Shown one piece after another: positions 19,473 to 29,910 of a DNA stretch of 64,000 nucleotides. The position numbers and the translations under genes are program-made. The stretch's first letter is position 1, and each line of letters begins with the position of its first letter. A model generated the notes under the pieces. That model was not told the DNA's origin, did not search any database, and was given only the letters and a program-made list of their open reading frames with translations. The DNA is taken from positions 273,495 through 337,494 of the forward strand of contig MGUU01000010.1 of assembly GCA_001800135.1 (NCBI GenBank), read 5' to 3'. The DNA is from Elusimicrobia bacterium RIFCSPLOWO2_02_FULL_39_32 (GTDB lineage: Bacteria > Elusimicrobiota > Elusimicrobia > 2-02-FULL-39-32).

Positions 19473-19589
19473 TTAATGGTCCTGTAGGCACTCTTTTTCA
19501 TCTCGGTTCTTATTTTATAATGCAATACTTGAGCTCAATCCTCATTCTTGAAGTAGTCATAGAAAATTTTTATTTTGTAAATCTCCATT

Positions 19590-21419
19590 CTATGATTTTT
19601 TGGATAATTGTAGGATAGAAAGAAAAGCTTCATTAGGAATTTCTACATTTCCGATCTGCTTCATTTTTCTTTTTCCCTCTTTTTGTTTCTCTAGCAGCTT
19701 TCTTTTGCGCGAAATATCCCCCCCATAACATTTAGCGATCACGTCTTTTCGAAAGGCCTTAATGGTTTCTCTAGCGATGATTTTGTTATGCACTTGCGCT
19801 TGAATGGCGATTTCAAAAAGATGTTTTGGGATCAATTCTCTTAATTTTTCTACAAGAGCTTTTCCCTGGGAATAGGCTTTGTCCTTGTGCACAATAGAGC
19901 TAAAAGCATCTACCGCTTCATGGTGTATGAGAATTTCTAATTTTACCAGATCATCTTTCCTGTAACCAACAGGTTCATAATCAAAGGAGGCGTATCCTTT
20001 AGTTAAAGATTTTAACGCGTCATGAAAGTCAATGATAATTTCAGCAAGAGGCATATGATACCTTAAAAGCACGCGCTCCGGAGTTAGATAACGCATGTCC
20101 TTAAATTCCCCTCTTCTTTCTTTTGCCATTTGCATGACAGGGCCTACATATTCTGCTGGCAGGAGTAGTATAGTGTTAACAATCGGTTCCCCGATGGACT
20201 CAATTTGATCATAGGAGGGAAATTTAGAAGGAGAATCAATTTCTACAGAATCGTTCTCCTGACCTGTACCCTGTTTTGTTTTTATTTGATAGATAACATT
20301 AGGGGAAGTTAAAAGCACATCTATTGAAAATTCTCTTAGCAATCGTTCTTTAATGATTTCCAAATGAAGAAGGCCAAGAAATCCGCATCGGTATCCAAAA
20401 CCTAAAGCATTACTTGATTCTGGTTGGAATTGAAAGGAAGAATCGGACAGATGTAGTTTTTCTAAGGCATTTTTCAGGGTTTCGTATTCAGAAGGGTTGG
20501 GTGGATAAAGCCCGGCAAATACAAAAGGTTTGGTAGGCCGATAGCCCGGAAGAGATTTGCTTGTTGGGTTAAATTTCTCCGTAAGCGTATCTCCAATTTG
20601 AATAAGATGAATATCTTTTAATCCAGTTACCACATAACCTACCTCGCCTGTCATAATTTGATTTGATTTAGCGGGTAGGGGAGTTAGATATCCCACTTCT
20701 TCAGGAGTCAGCTCAATGCCATTGGAGAGAAAAAGAAGGGTTTTTTTAGGTTGGATAAGACCAGAAAAAACCCGAACAAAGATGATCACTCCTTTGTAAG
20801 GATCGTAAAGAGAATCAAATACAAGCGCTGAAAGAGGCTCTTTAACTTCTCCTTTTGGCGGAGGGATCAACTCTACAATCATATCTAAGAGTTCTTCAAT
20901 CCCTTTGCCTTCTTTTGCGCTTATAGCAATTGCTTTTTTTTCAATTTTTAAAATATCTTTTATTTGCCGTGCTGTTCCTTCAATATCAGCTTGAGGTAAA
21001 TCAATCTTATTAATCACTGGAATAAGTTCTAATCCGCTTTCCTGGGCAAGCAAGGTGTTGGCAAGAGTTTGGGCTTCTACCCCTTGAGAAGCATCTACAA
21101 CTAAAAGAGCTCCTTCGCAAGCTGCTAGGGAACGGCTCACTTCATAGGAAAAATCAACATGGCCAGGGGTATCAATTAAATTCAGAATAAATTGATTCTT
21201 GTAGATCATTCGCACCGCTTTTGCTTTGATTGTAATGCCTCGTTCCCGTTCTAAATCCATTCTGTCCAGCACCTGCGCTTGCATCTGCCGCATGGGTATG
21301 GTTCCAGTTTTTTCTAAGAGACGATCCGCCAAAGTAGATTTGCCATGGTCAATGTGAGCAATGATACAGAAGTTTCTGATATTGATAAGCGGGGCTTGGG
21401 TTTGAATTGTTTCTGACAT
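19590..21419 (-). CDS. lepA: translation elongation factor 4 (LepA)
   Basis: GTPase G1 (AHIDHGKST) and the LepA-specific C-terminal domain. Classic lepA-lepB synteny. Confidence 0.95.
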   Translation of the reverse strand: MSETIQTQAPLINIRNFCIIAHIDHGKSTLADRLLEKTGTIPMRQMQAQVLDRMDLERERGITIKAKAVRMIYKNQFILNLIDTPGHVDFSYEVSRSLAACEGALLVVDASQGVEAQTLANTLLAQESGLELIPVINKIDLPQADIEGTARQIKDILKIEKKAIAISAKEGKGIEELLDMIVELIPPPKGEVKEPLSALVFDSLYDPYKGVIIFVRVFSGLIQPKKTLLFLSNGIELTPEEVGYLTPLPAKSNQIMTGEVGYVVTGLKDIHLIQIGDTLTEKFNPTSKSLPGYRPTKPFVFAGLYPPNPSEYETLKNALEKLHLSDSSFQFQPESSNALGFGYRCGFLGLLHLEIIKERLLREFSIDVLLTSPNVIYQIKTKQGTGQENDSVEIDSPSKFPSYDQIESIGEPIVNTILLLPAEYVGPVMQMAKERRGEFKDMRYLTPERVLLRYHMPLAEIIIDFHDALKSLTKGYASFDYEPVGYRKDDLVKLEILIHHEAVDAFSSIVHKDKAYSQGKALVEKLRELIPKHLFEIAIQAQVHNKIIARETIKAFRKDVIAKCYGGDISRKRKLLEKQKEGKRKMKQIGNVEIPNEAFLSILQLSKKS

Positions 21420-21460
21420 GGTGTCTAAAAACTAGTTTTAAAAATCAAAAAGTTCTTTTT

Positions 21461-23176
21461 TTAATCAAGCGCTTCTTCCAGCAGATTCCTAGTTGCTGAA
21501 GTCATTTCTTCATCTACAAGTTTTTTTGCTTCTTTAAGGTCAGTAGAACGGATAATTTTTTTTAGTCTGGGAATAAAAGCAGGCACCACGGAAAATTCAT
21601 CTAGCCCCAAACCTAAAAGTAACTTAGTAAAATGAATGTCAGAAGCCATCTCACCACAAATTCCGACCCACTTTCCATACATATGGGCGGCATCCACAAT
21701 GGTTTTAATCAGCCTTAAAATAGAAAGATGTCTAGGGTCATATAAAGAAGCGACATTTTCATTCACACGATCCACAGCCAGAGTATATTGGATTAAATCA
21801 TTCGTTCCAATAGAAAGGAAATCCGCTTTTTGCGCAAGCAAGTCAGCAATGATCGCCGCAGAGGGAACTTCTATCATAACGCCAACTTCTATTTTAGGAT
21901 TCATTAATTTTTTTTCTTTAATCAATTCCTCTTTTACGGATTCTAAAATAGCTTTACCTTTCATAAATTCATCCAACCCGCTGACCATGGGAAACATCAC
22001 TCGCACATTCCCTTCTTTGGAAGCGCGCAAGATGGCTCGAAGTTGAGTTTTAAAAATTTCAGGATATTTTAAGCAAAACCGTAAAGCCCTAAGCCCTAGA
22101 AAAGGGTTGCTTTCTTGCGCATAGCCGTCAATAAAAGAGGTGAGTTTATCCCCTCCAATATCTAAGGTTCTAAAAAGGGTTTGGTAGGGCATCATCTGTT
22201 TTGCGACCCGAGCATAGTGTTCATATTGTTCTTCCTCTGAAGGTAAATCCGAACGGTTTAAAAAAAGGTATTCAGTGCGGAAAAGCCCGATTCCTTCAGA
22301 GCCGTAATAAAGCACATTTTTAATGTCATCCGCTGTTTCAATATTAGAAGAAAGTTCAATTCTTTTGCCATCCAGGGTTTGAGCTGGGAGGTCTCTTAGT
22401 TTAATCAGCTCCTGTATTTCTTTATTTTGTATCTCTTTTTCCCTGCGATAATTTTTTATTGCAATGGGGTTTGGTTCTATTATCACTATTCCCTGATTTC
22501 CATCCACAATCATTTTTTGTCCCGCTTCTACATTAGAGGTAATCTCTTTTAATCCTACAACAGCCGGTATTTCTAAACTTTGCGCTAAAAGCGCGGTATG
22601 GCTGGTTTTACCCCCTACGTCAATGGCAAAGCCTTTAATCAGATCTGTTTTTAAAGCGATAGTATCGGAAGGAAGCAGATTATGAGCTACTACAATAGAT
22701 TCTTCTGTCATTTCCGCAAGCCCTTTTCTTTTTTTACCTAAAAGATGCCTAATAATTTTTTGGCTGACCTCAACAATATCATTCATCCGTTCACGGAAAT
22801 AATCATCTTCCATGGTTTCAAACGCATGCATTACTTTTTCCAAAGCTCTTTCAATAGCAAATTCAGCGTTGATTCTTTCCTTTAGGATCTGTTTTTCAAT
22901 ATCCGTGGTTAAAATAGGGTCTTCCAAGATAAGGAGATAAGCATCCGCAAGACGAGCATGAGTTTTTCCCAGGAGTTTAAGCATTTCCTCTTTATTTTCT
23001 GCCATCTCCTTTTTGGTGTTATTTAAAGCTTTTTCAAATCTTAAAACTTCTTTTTTAAGATCTTCTTTTTTAATCTCTTTTTTGACAATGATCAGCTCTT
23101 CTTTCTCAAGAAGAAAGATTTTTCCTACCCCTATCCCGGGGGAAGCTGCAATGCCATGAAAAAGTTTTGAATCCAT
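21461..23176 (-). CDS. ptsI: phosphoenolpyruvate-protein phosphotransferase (PTS Enzyme I)
   Basis: GGKTSHTALLAQSLEIPAVVG phospho-His region and the PEP-utilizing C-terminal TIM barrel motifs. Confidence 0.9.
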   Translation of the reverse strand: MDSKLFHGIAASPGIGVGKIFLLEKEELIIVKKEIKKEDLKKEVLRFEKALNNTKKEMAENKEEMLKLLGKTHARLADAYLLILEDPILTTDIEKQILKERINAEFAIERALEKVMHAFETMEDDYFRERMNDIVEVSQKIIRHLLGKKRKGLAEMTEESIVVAHNLLPSDTIALKTDLIKGFAIDVGGKTSHTALLAQSLEIPAVVGLKEITSNVEAGQKMIVDGNQGIVIIEPNPIAIKNYRREKEIQNKEIQELIKLRDLPAQTLDGKRIELSSNIETADDIKNVLYYGSEGIGLFRTEYLFLNRSDLPSEEEQYEHYARVAKQMMPYQTLFRTLDIGGDKLTSFIDGYAQESNPFLGLRALRFCLKYPEIFKTQLRAILRASKEGNVRVMFPMVSGLDEFMKGKAILESVKEELIKEKKLMNPKIEVGVMIEVPSAAIIADLLAQKADFLSIGTNDLIQYTLAVDRVNENVASLYDPRHLSILRLIKTIVDAAHMYGKWVGICGEMASDIHFTKLLLGLGLDEFSVVPAFIPRLKKIIRSTDLKEAKKLVDEEMTSATRNLLEEALD

Positions 23177-23184
23177 TGGGGTTT

Positions 23185-23451
23185 TTAATCCTCTCCAAAT
23201 TTAGTTTCAAAAAGTTTTTTTAGTGTCTCGACCATATGGTTTTCATCCTCTCCTTCAATAATCACTTTTAGGTTAGAGCCCATGGCTGCGGCAAGAGTAA
23301 GAAGACCCATAATAGATTTGCCATCCACTTCCATGCCATCTTTAACTACGCGGATTTTAGATTTAAATTTATTGGTAGTCTGCACAAATTGGGCTGCTGG
23401 CCTTGCATGTAAACCAAGCTGATTTTCAACTTTTAAAATATACTCTATCAT
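23185..23451 (-). CDS. ptsH: phosphocarrier protein HPr
   Basis: 88 aa with His15 (GLHARPA) and Ser46 (GKSIMG) motifs. Confidence 0.9.
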   Translation of the reverse strand: MIEYILKVENQLGLHARPAAQFVQTTNKFKSKIRVVKDGMEVDGKSIMGLLTLAAAMGSNLKVIIEGEDENHMVETLKKLFETKFGED

Positions 23452-23474
23452 TAATTTATTATATCTTTTTTATT

Positions 23475-25622
23475 TTATTCTAACCTAAAATTTAAACTTC
23501 TTTCAAAAGATTGGTCAGGCTCTAAACTAAATTTCCAATGAGGCAGGAATATGATCCCTTGAAAAGTTTTTTCAAAACCGCTTTCAGAGTTAGAAACAGT
23601 TTCTAAAGGCAGGGTCCATAGATCTGTGAGTTCTGAAAACTCTACGGACATCTGCCAGAAAAAGTGCGGATCTTTTTTTTGCCAAATTTTAAGCTGAGAA
23701 TGCGAGACTTTAGTTTCCGGGGTTGAAAAAGAAAAATTAAATTCCGGAGCAAACCAACATCTGCCCGTTGGCTCTTTAGAAAGATTAGTGATTTTATATA
23801 AAATTTTGAATTCGAGGTTTTGATTGGAAAGGTTTTTAAGATGCGGTTCAATAAATTTTATTTCCTTAAGTATCCTTACATCTTTTTTTTGATCGTCCAC
23901 CCATACAACGCCATCCCTGCGAAGTTTCAAAGAAAGAGACTCCTTCTCTTTTTTAATTAAAGCGGCATAGTCTCCAAGGACAAAATCACCTTGTTCTCCA
24001 TACCGGCATTGAATAAAAGTTTCAGTCGTGGTGTGTGGGTGTAAAAAATGGTCAAGAAGATTTAATCTTTGATACCAATCAACATTTAGATATTCATGTA
24101 TGTTTTTTTCTTTTGAATGAAAAATTTGGTGGATTGTTTTTACTTCACTGGCATCCTCTTTTTTTTGCTGATTTTTTAGGATTTTATCATGATAGTGTTC
24201 AGTTCTTCGGGTGAGCACATTAGTAATATTTAAAGCGCATTTTTTAAAGTCCAATTCAAAAATAGCTCCGCCTTTATGAGGGGCTATGTAAAAATTGTGG
24301 ATTGGAGTTTCAATTAAGATCTCCTCTTCCCCATCTCCGTCAAAATCAGTCTTTTTAATAGAAAGAGTTTCTGTTTCAATTTCCTTAGGAGGCTCATTTG
24401 ACCCCGCAATTAAATCCATCATTTTTTCCGCTAAAATTAAATTTTTGAAAACAGCTTGTCTTAAAAAAGGGAGATAAAGGCCTCCAAACACTCCATGCCA
24501 GTAAGCGCAATTGCATTGTGCGCCCCATAAGTAATTGTATGCTTGATTAAAATTTTTTTTATGGTGTTTAAAATTTTTAAGCGATTTTTCTAAAGTGTGC
24601 AGTTTTTTGGAGATCCTTAACATCTTTTTATGCATTAAATTCGATTCATCGTACTTTGCCAAAAAGTTCCTCCAGATGCCTCCTTGGATAAAATTTTTAA
24701 TATTCCCGCCTTCAGGCACGGTGTTTAAATGATCAACTATTTTTTCAAGATTTTGCGCGGATTTTGTGGGTAAAGACCACTCTGACATTTCAAAATAAGA
24801 GGCGCAGGGCAAATAAACTCGTCCTTCAGATTTATTTTTTTTTCGGAAGTTTGAAATGGTATCGGTTTTTAACCAAGAGCTATTTTTCTCTAATAGTTCT
24901 AAAAAATGTTCCAACCATCTATCTTCATAAACTCTTTTGTGGGTTTTAGGCCAAAATCCAAATTTTTCTCCATCATCTGCCATCAGGAAACTTAAAAGTC
25001 TGTCATTTTTTTTGTCGGCAATTTTTTTAAACCACTCAATTGTTTTTTCAGGGGCTTCAAAGGGGATCAGGTATCTTAATTCTTTTGAGATAGGAAAAAT
25101 ATCAATTACGTTATTTTCTTCCTCTACTTTGTAGTATCCATGCAGTTGATCAGGGCTCATCCCTGCAGAAAGAAAATGGGTGTCATCTAAAAGTGTATAT
25201 TCCAATTGAGCTTCCCGAATTGGCTTAGGTAAGTGCGGTTCCCAAACTCGTTCCGCGCACCACATTCCTTTTGGAGAAACCTTAAATCGATTTTTAAGAA
25301 ATTGATTCAGTTTTTGTATTTGCCCGGTTTTATCTCTATCTGGAATCACGGGGAGGATAGGTTCATAATAGCCTCCAGATAGAAGTTCACATCTTCCTTC
25401 TTCTATCATTTTAGCAACACATTCGCCATATTCCGGATGTTTTTGTTCCAGCCATTCCCAAAGGATCCCAGTACAGTGTAAATTCCAGCGGAATGCGGGG
25501 TGTCGGGCTACTACCTTTAAAAATGGAAGATAAGATTTTTCATAAGCCTCTTCAAAAACATTTTCTAAATTTCCAATAGGCTGGTGATTATGAATGCCAA
25601 ATAAAAATACGATTTCTCCCAT
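23475..25622 (-). CDS. glycoside hydrolase family 57 alpha-glucan-active enzyme
   Basis: GH57 conserved regions HNHQP, GMWCAERVW (Glu nucleophile) and LMADDGEKFG (acid/base Asp), plus a C-terminal extension. Confidence 0.8.
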   Translation of the reverse strand: MGEIVFLFGIHNHQPIGNLENVFEEAYEKSYLPFLKVVARHPAFRWNLHCTGILWEWLEQKHPEYGECVAKMIEEGRCELLSGGYYEPILPVIPDRDKTGQIQKLNQFLKNRFKVSPKGMWCAERVWEPHLPKPIREAQLEYTLLDDTHFLSAGMSPDQLHGYYKVEEENNVIDIFPISKELRYLIPFEAPEKTIEWFKKIADKKNDRLLSFLMADDGEKFGFWPKTHKRVYEDRWLEHFLELLEKNSSWLKTDTISNFRKKNKSEGRVYLPCASYFEMSEWSLPTKSAQNLEKIVDHLNTVPEGGNIKNFIQGGIWRNFLAKYDESNLMHKKMLRISKKLHTLEKSLKNFKHHKKNFNQAYNYLWGAQCNCAYWHGVFGGLYLPFLRQAVFKNLILAEKMMDLIAGSNEPPKEIETETLSIKKTDFDGDGEEEILIETPIHNFYIAPHKGGAIFELDFKKCALNITNVLTRRTEHYHDKILKNQQKKEDASEVKTIHQIFHSKEKNIHEYLNVDWYQRLNLLDHFLHPHTTTETFIQCRYGEQGDFVLGDYAALIKKEKESLSLKLRRDGVVWVDDQKKDVRILKEIKFIEPHLKNLSNQNLEFKILYKITNLSKEPTGRCWFAPEFNFSFSTPETKVSHSQLKIWQKKDPHFFWQMSVEFSELTDLWTLPLETVSNSESGFEKTFQGIIFLPHWKFSLEPDQSFERSLNFRLE

Positions 25623-25654
25623 ATTTAAGTTTTTATTTTTATAGAATTTATTTT

Positions 25655-25710
25655 AATTTATGCTTAAAGAAAGCACTTTTGTAGCAGAAATGACTTTCCA
25701 AGCATAAATT
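25655..25710. repeat. palindromic pair of the AAGCATAAATT element (AATTTATGCTT-N34-AAGCATAAATT) upstream of the GH57 gene
   Basis: Arms at 25655-25665 and 25700-25710. The right arm overlaps the EIIA-Man stop codon. Confidence 0.6.
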
Positions 25711-26135
25711 TAAGAAGAAGTTGGAGCAAAACTTTTAATGCGTTGTATTCCCTTTTGCCCATCCAGAAGAACTTTGTCCGCAAGGGATTTAAGTTCCAAC
25801 CGATCTCTGTAGGTAAGAGAAGAGATCAGCATGGGTAAATTGACCCCAGTCAGAATTTCAATTTCAGCCTCTGAAGATTTTAGTTGAGATACACAGACAT
25901 TTGTGGGCGTGCTTCCAAATAGATCAGATAGGATAAGAATGCCGGAGCAGCCCTCATCTGTTTTTTTTAAAAATTGAATCGCATCACAGATTTTTGTATT
26001 TAAAGCTTGGGAGGATTCATAAGAATGGAGATTAATACCCATCAGCATGTTGAGTTTTCTGGCAAGTACTCTTTCTGCCTCTTGTATGAGTGGGGATGCA
26101 ATATCTAAGTGAGTTACAATGATAATTCCAATCAT
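25710..26135 (-). CDS. PTS EIIA component, mannose/fructose family
   Basis: MIGIIIVTHLD... N-terminal His-containing EIIA-Man fold. No EIIB/C/D genes adjacent. Confidence 0.6.
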   Translation of the reverse strand: MIGIIIVTHLDIASPLIQEAERVLARKLNMLMGINLHSYESSQALNTKICDAIQFLKKTDEGCSGILILSDLFGSTPTNVCVSQLKSSEAEIEILTGVNLPMLISSLTYRDRLELKSLADKVLLDGQKGIQRIKSFAPTSS

Positions 26136-27049
26136 AATATTTCTGAATGATCTAAATCTCTGTGATGGATGGCGACCGGGTATTCATTTTTTTTAAGATA
26201 AGAAGCTAGGGACTCTGCTATGGTTACAGATCGGTGTCTGCCTCCAGTGCAGCCAATCGCTATGGTGAGGTGCGATTTTCCTTCCTTAATGTATTTGGGA
26301 AGACAAAAAGAAAGAATTGAAAAGATTTTTTTTAAAAAAAGAGGAGCCTCTTTTTTTTTTAAAACATAATTTCTCACAGCCTGTGAAAGTCCAGTTTTAT
26401 GATGCAAAGATGGAACATAATTGGGATTGGGCAGAAAACGAACATCCCACACCATATCCGCATCAGCTGGAATGCCATATTTATAGCCAAAAGAATAAAT
26501 GGATATATGAAGGTTTCTTTCTGGGGTTGTGGGTAAAGAAGAGGCTACCATCTCTTTTAATTCGGATAGGGTGAGGTTGGTGGTGTCAATGATTTTATCT
26601 GCCTCAGCTCTAATTTCTCTTAAACTTTTTCTTTCTTCTTTTATGCCTTCTTCAATTCCTTTTCCCGTAGGATGGCGTCTCCTTGTTTCGGAAAATCTTT
26701 TTACTAACGTGCCATGATCCGCATCTAAAAAAAGGATCCAGGTATTAATTTTTTTTTCTTTGAATTTTTGAAGATCTTTAGACAAATCTTTAAAGAATTT
26801 CCCTTCTCTTAGGTCAATCCCTAAAGCTACTTTTTGCATGCTGGTGCCAGATTCTAAAATTAAGTCTGCAAATTTTGGAATAAGAGGCGCAGGCAGGTTA
26901 TCTACACAAAAAAATTCAAAATCTTCCAGACATTTAATCGCCTGGCTTTTTCCTGCTCCGGAAATTCCAGTGACGATCACGCACAAAAATTTAGAAATTT
27001 TTTTTTGTAAACGATTGAATATTTTTCTTTTTTTATTGATTTGTTTCAC
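26132..27049 (-). CDS. rapZ: RNase adapter / nucleotide-binding protein RapZ (YvcJ)
   Basis: N-terminal Walker A (GISGAGKS) and C-terminal GCTGGRHRSV motif. Confidence 0.85.
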   Translation of the reverse strand: MKQINKKRKIFNRLQKKISKFLCVIVTGISGAGKSQAIKCLEDFEFFCVDNLPAPLIPKFADLILESGTSMQKVALGIDLREGKFFKDLSKDLQKFKEKKINTWILFLDADHGTLVKRFSETRRRHPTGKGIEEGIKEERKSLREIRAEADKIIDTTNLTLSELKEMVASSLPTTPERNLHISIYSFGYKYGIPADADMVWDVRFLPNPNYVPSLHHKTGLSQAVRNYVLKKKEAPLFLKKIFSILSFCLPKYIKEGKSHLTIAIGCTGGRHRSVTIAESLASYLKKNEYPVAIHHRDLDHSEIL

Positions 27050-27068
27050 AGCTAATATATTAAAATTG

Positions 27069-28094
27069 TTAACGTCTCCTATAAGGAGTTTTTCCCTGAC
27101 CTTCTCTGGATTGCCGAGTGACGCTTTGACTTACCTGTTTGGTTTGAGTTGGGGTTTGTTGAGAACTTTTAGCGAAGGAGTTTAATAAATTATTCTCCAT
27201 TTCTTGAGCCGCATTAATGCCTCGGGCTTTTAACCTTTGGTAGAGAGCTGCCACTTCTATTAAGATCGCTAAATTTCTTCCTGGTCTTACAGGCATGATA
27301 ATTCTGGGTATCCTTACCCCTAAAACTTCTAAGGAATGTTCTTCCAATCCCACCCGGTCATATTCTTTAGTCTCATCCCACATTTCCAGATGGATCGCTA
27401 ATTCTATTCGGCTAAAATCCAAGATTGCGCTCACTCCAAATAGCTGTTTAACATCTATGATGCCTAAGCCCCGAACTTCCATGTGGTGTTTAATCATTTC
27501 ATTGGCTGGTTTGCCAATCAAGATGCCTCCTGATCGGTGTTGGACTTTAACCACATCATCTGAAACCAGCATATGTCCTCTTTTAATCAGTTCTAAAGCG
27601 CATTCCGATTTTCCTATTCCTGAATTTCCAGAAATGAGTACTCCCAGACCATAGACTTCCACTAAGACCCCATGGATTGTAATCGTAGGAGAAAGCTTTT
27701 CTTCTAGATAATTAGAGAGTTCTGCGATCAAAGTCGCGGTTTGCAGACCGCTGACAAAAAGTGGAACTTGGAATTGGTTAGAAAGTTCTATTAGTTCTGT
27801 TTTTGGCCTTGAGTTGTGGGTTAAGATTAAACAGGGAGTTTTAAATTTGAGGAAACTTTTTAGAGGTTCAAGGGATTGTTTTTGAGTAATATGATTGATG
27901 TAGGCATGTTCACCTCTGCCAATCACTTGGATCCTTTCCCATCTGAAATTTTCTAAGAATCCGCCTAGAGCAAGGCCGGGCCGGTTTAAATCTATAACGG
28001 CTATTTCTCTTTGCAACCCTTGCGAACCGCTTAAGATTTCTAGTTGAAGATCATTCCCTTTTTCTTTAAAGAATTCTTCAACGCTTAAAGGCAT
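27069..28094 (-). CDS. hprK: HPr kinase/phosphorylase
   Basis: P-loop GNSGIGKSE and the HprK central motif LVSDDVV, with an approximately 30-aa basic C-terminal tail. Confidence 0.9.
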   Translation of the reverse strand: MPLSVEEFFKEKGNDLQLEILSGSQGLQREIAVIDLNRPGLALGGFLENFRWERIQVIGRGEHAYINHITQKQSLEPLKSFLKFKTPCLILTHNSRPKTELIELSNQFQVPLFVSGLQTATLIAELSNYLEEKLSPTITIHGVLVEVYGLGVLISGNSGIGKSECALELIKRGHMLVSDDVVKVQHRSGGILIGKPANEMIKHHMEVRGLGIIDVKQLFGVSAILDFSRIELAIHLEMWDETKEYDRVGLEEHSLEVLGVRIPRIIMPVRPGRNLAILIEVAALYQRLKARGINAAQEMENNLLNSFAKSSQQTPTQTKQVSQSVTRQSREGQGKTPYRRR

Positions 28095-28112
28095 AGGATT
28101 TTAATTAGAAAT

Positions 28113-28610
28113 TTAATATTCGCTTTCCTGCTCAATCTGTTTTAGCACTTCCTCCGGACTCCTAGATTCGCGGAGAGCCTGACGAAAAAATTTATCTTTG
28201 AGCAGCCTTGAAATTTTGGCGAGTATTTTTAAGTGAAGACCAGCAGAGTCTTTAGGAGCAACCAAAAGAAAAAATAGATGCACAGGTTCGCCATCTAACG
28301 CATCAAACTCTATTCCTTTTTTAGAAATGCCTAAGGCTGCCACAATTTTTTCTAAATGTTCAGATTTACCATGCGGGATAGCAATGCCTTGTCCAATGCC
28401 TGTGGAGCCTAAATCTTCTCTTTCCAGAAGAGCTTCAAGAATTTTGTTCGGGTTGTTAATTGCATGCCCTGCTGAGAGGATGCTTACCAACTCTTTTAAG
28501 ACCTCTTTTTTTGTTTGGCTTTTCAAATCCACTGAAATTGCGAGAATGGGTAAATAATCAACAAGGCTTAAACTTGATTCTTTGCTTACCATATTAGGAT
28601 CCTCTTTCAT
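28113..28610 (-). CDS. ptsN: PTS EIIA-Ntr (nitrogen regulatory IIA)
   Basis: EIIA-fructose/Ntr fold with GIAIPHGK phospho-His motif. Sits between hpf and hprK. Confidence 0.75.
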   Translation of the reverse strand: MKEDPNMVSKESSLSLVDYLPILAISVDLKSQTKKEVLKELVSILSAGHAINNPNKILEALLEREDLGSTGIGQGIAIPHGKSEHLEKIVAALGISKKGIEFDALDGEPVHLFFLLVAPKDSAGLHLKILAKISRLLKDKFFRQALRESRSPEEVLKQIEQESEY

Positions 28611-29152
28611 TCAATTATTTCTATAAGACCGAAATTAGATTTTCCTTTTTTATAAAGGACATTAATTTTATTTGACCTTTCATTGATGAAAGGCACCAGA
28701 GCCAGAGACTCTGTGCGGAGCGTTCGAATCGCTTGCTCTAGGGAGAGAGTTTTTAAAGGAATTTTTTTAATCTCAATGACCGGGGTAGACTCTTTCATCG
28801 CATTGTCAGACCGAGCAGTCTCATCTAAAGTTAAATTTTGAATTTTTTTGTCGTCTATTTTAGCCCTATGATTTTTTCTTTTTTCTTTAAGTTTAGCCAG
28901 ATGCAATTCTAATTTATGAACCGCTAGATCAATGGCAGAATAAAGATCCAGGGATTCACCTTGGGTGCGAAAGGTGTTTCCCGGAGTATGCACAATGATT
29001 TCCGCAATTTGACGATGTTTTTCAACTGAAAGAATTACTTGAGCCCAGATAATTGAATCACAGTAACGCTCTGTGCGTTCCACTTTCTTATGCACATATT
29101 CAGAAAGCGCAGGCGTTAAATTTAAGTGACGAGCTGTGATATTGAGTTGCAT
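28607..29152 (-). CDS. hpf: ribosome hibernation promoting factor (long form)
   Basis: MQLNITARHLNLTPALSEYVHKKVERTERY... RaiA/HPF signature with a C-terminal dimerization domain. Confidence 0.85.
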   Translation of the reverse strand: MQLNITARHLNLTPALSEYVHKKVERTERYCDSIIWAQVILSVEKHRQIAEIIVHTPGNTFRTQGESLDLYSAIDLAVHKLELHLAKLKEKRKNHRAKIDDKKIQNLTLDETARSDNAMKESTPVIEIKKIPLKTLSLEQAIRTLRTESLALVPFINERSNKINVLYKKGKSNFGLIEIIE

Positions 29153-29190
29153 GTTTAAAAAATGATTGTATCTTAAAGAGTTTTAGGGTG

Positions 29191-29910
29191 TCAAATTTGA
29201 AATTGTTCCCCTAAGTAAATGCGACGGGCTTCAGGGCTTTCTAAAAGAGTTTGAGCGTCGCCTTCCAAGAGCACTTTACCTTGGTGGATAATATAAGCGC
29301 GGTCTATAATTTTTAAAGTATCCCTTACATTGTGGTCTGTAATCAGAATGCCTAATCCTCTTTGCTTTAGATGGTTTAAGATTTCTTGCAAGTCACTCAC
29401 TGTGATTGGGTCAATCCCTACAAAAGGTTCGTCTAGCAAAAGAAATTTTGGATTATTTAAAAGAGCCCGGGCTATCTCCAACCTTCGTTTTTCACCGCCT
29501 GAAAGGGTGCCAGCGATCTGTTTCCTTCTTTCTTCTAATCCCAGTTCTTTAAGCAGTTTTTCCTCTTTTTCCTTTCTTTCTTTTTCAGAAATGGGAAGGA
29601 TTTCTAAAATAATTTTTAAATTATCTTCCACAGTTAGTTTTCTAAAAATAGAAGGTTCTTGCGGCAAATAACCAATGCCCAGCCGCGCTCGTTTGTACAT
29701 AGGAGTTTTAGAAAGTTCTTGGCTGTCTAGCAATATCTTTCCGTCTTCGCCATGCACCATGCCCACTACCATATAAAAAGTAGTTGTTTTTCCTGCTCCA
29801 TTGGGCCCAAGAAGACCTACAATTTCACCTGAAGCCACGGATATGGAAACCCCATCTAAAACAGTGCGGCTGCCATATCTTTTTTTTAAATGTTCTGTTT
29901 TTAAGATCAT
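29191..29910 (-). CDS. lptB: LPS export ABC transporter ATP-binding protein LptB
   Basis: Walker A GPNGAGKTT, signature LSGGEKRRLEIARAL, Walker B LLLDEP. ATGA overlap with lptA. Confidence 0.9.
   Translation of the reverse strand: MILKTEHLKKRYGSRTVLDGVSISVASGEIVGLLGPNGAGKTTTFYMVVGMVHGEDGKILLDSQELSKTPMYKRARLGIGYLPQEPSIFRKLTVEDNLKIILEILPISEKERKEKEEKLLKELGLEERRKQIAGTLSGGEKRRLEIARALLNNPKFLLLDEPFVGIDPITVSDLQEILNHLKQRGLGILITDHNVRDTLKIIDRAYIIHQGKVLLEGDAQTLLESPEARRIYLGEQFQI

Noticed and set aside
21636-22046. 136-aa plus-strand ORF inside ptsI
   Set aside because: Antisense to the well-supported Enzyme I gene, with no motifs.
29153-29190. Absence of rpoN between lptB and hpf as evidence that the organism lacks sigma-54
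   Set aside because: Only this window is visible, and rpoN could be encoded elsewhere. The observation is noted as a synteny deviation only.
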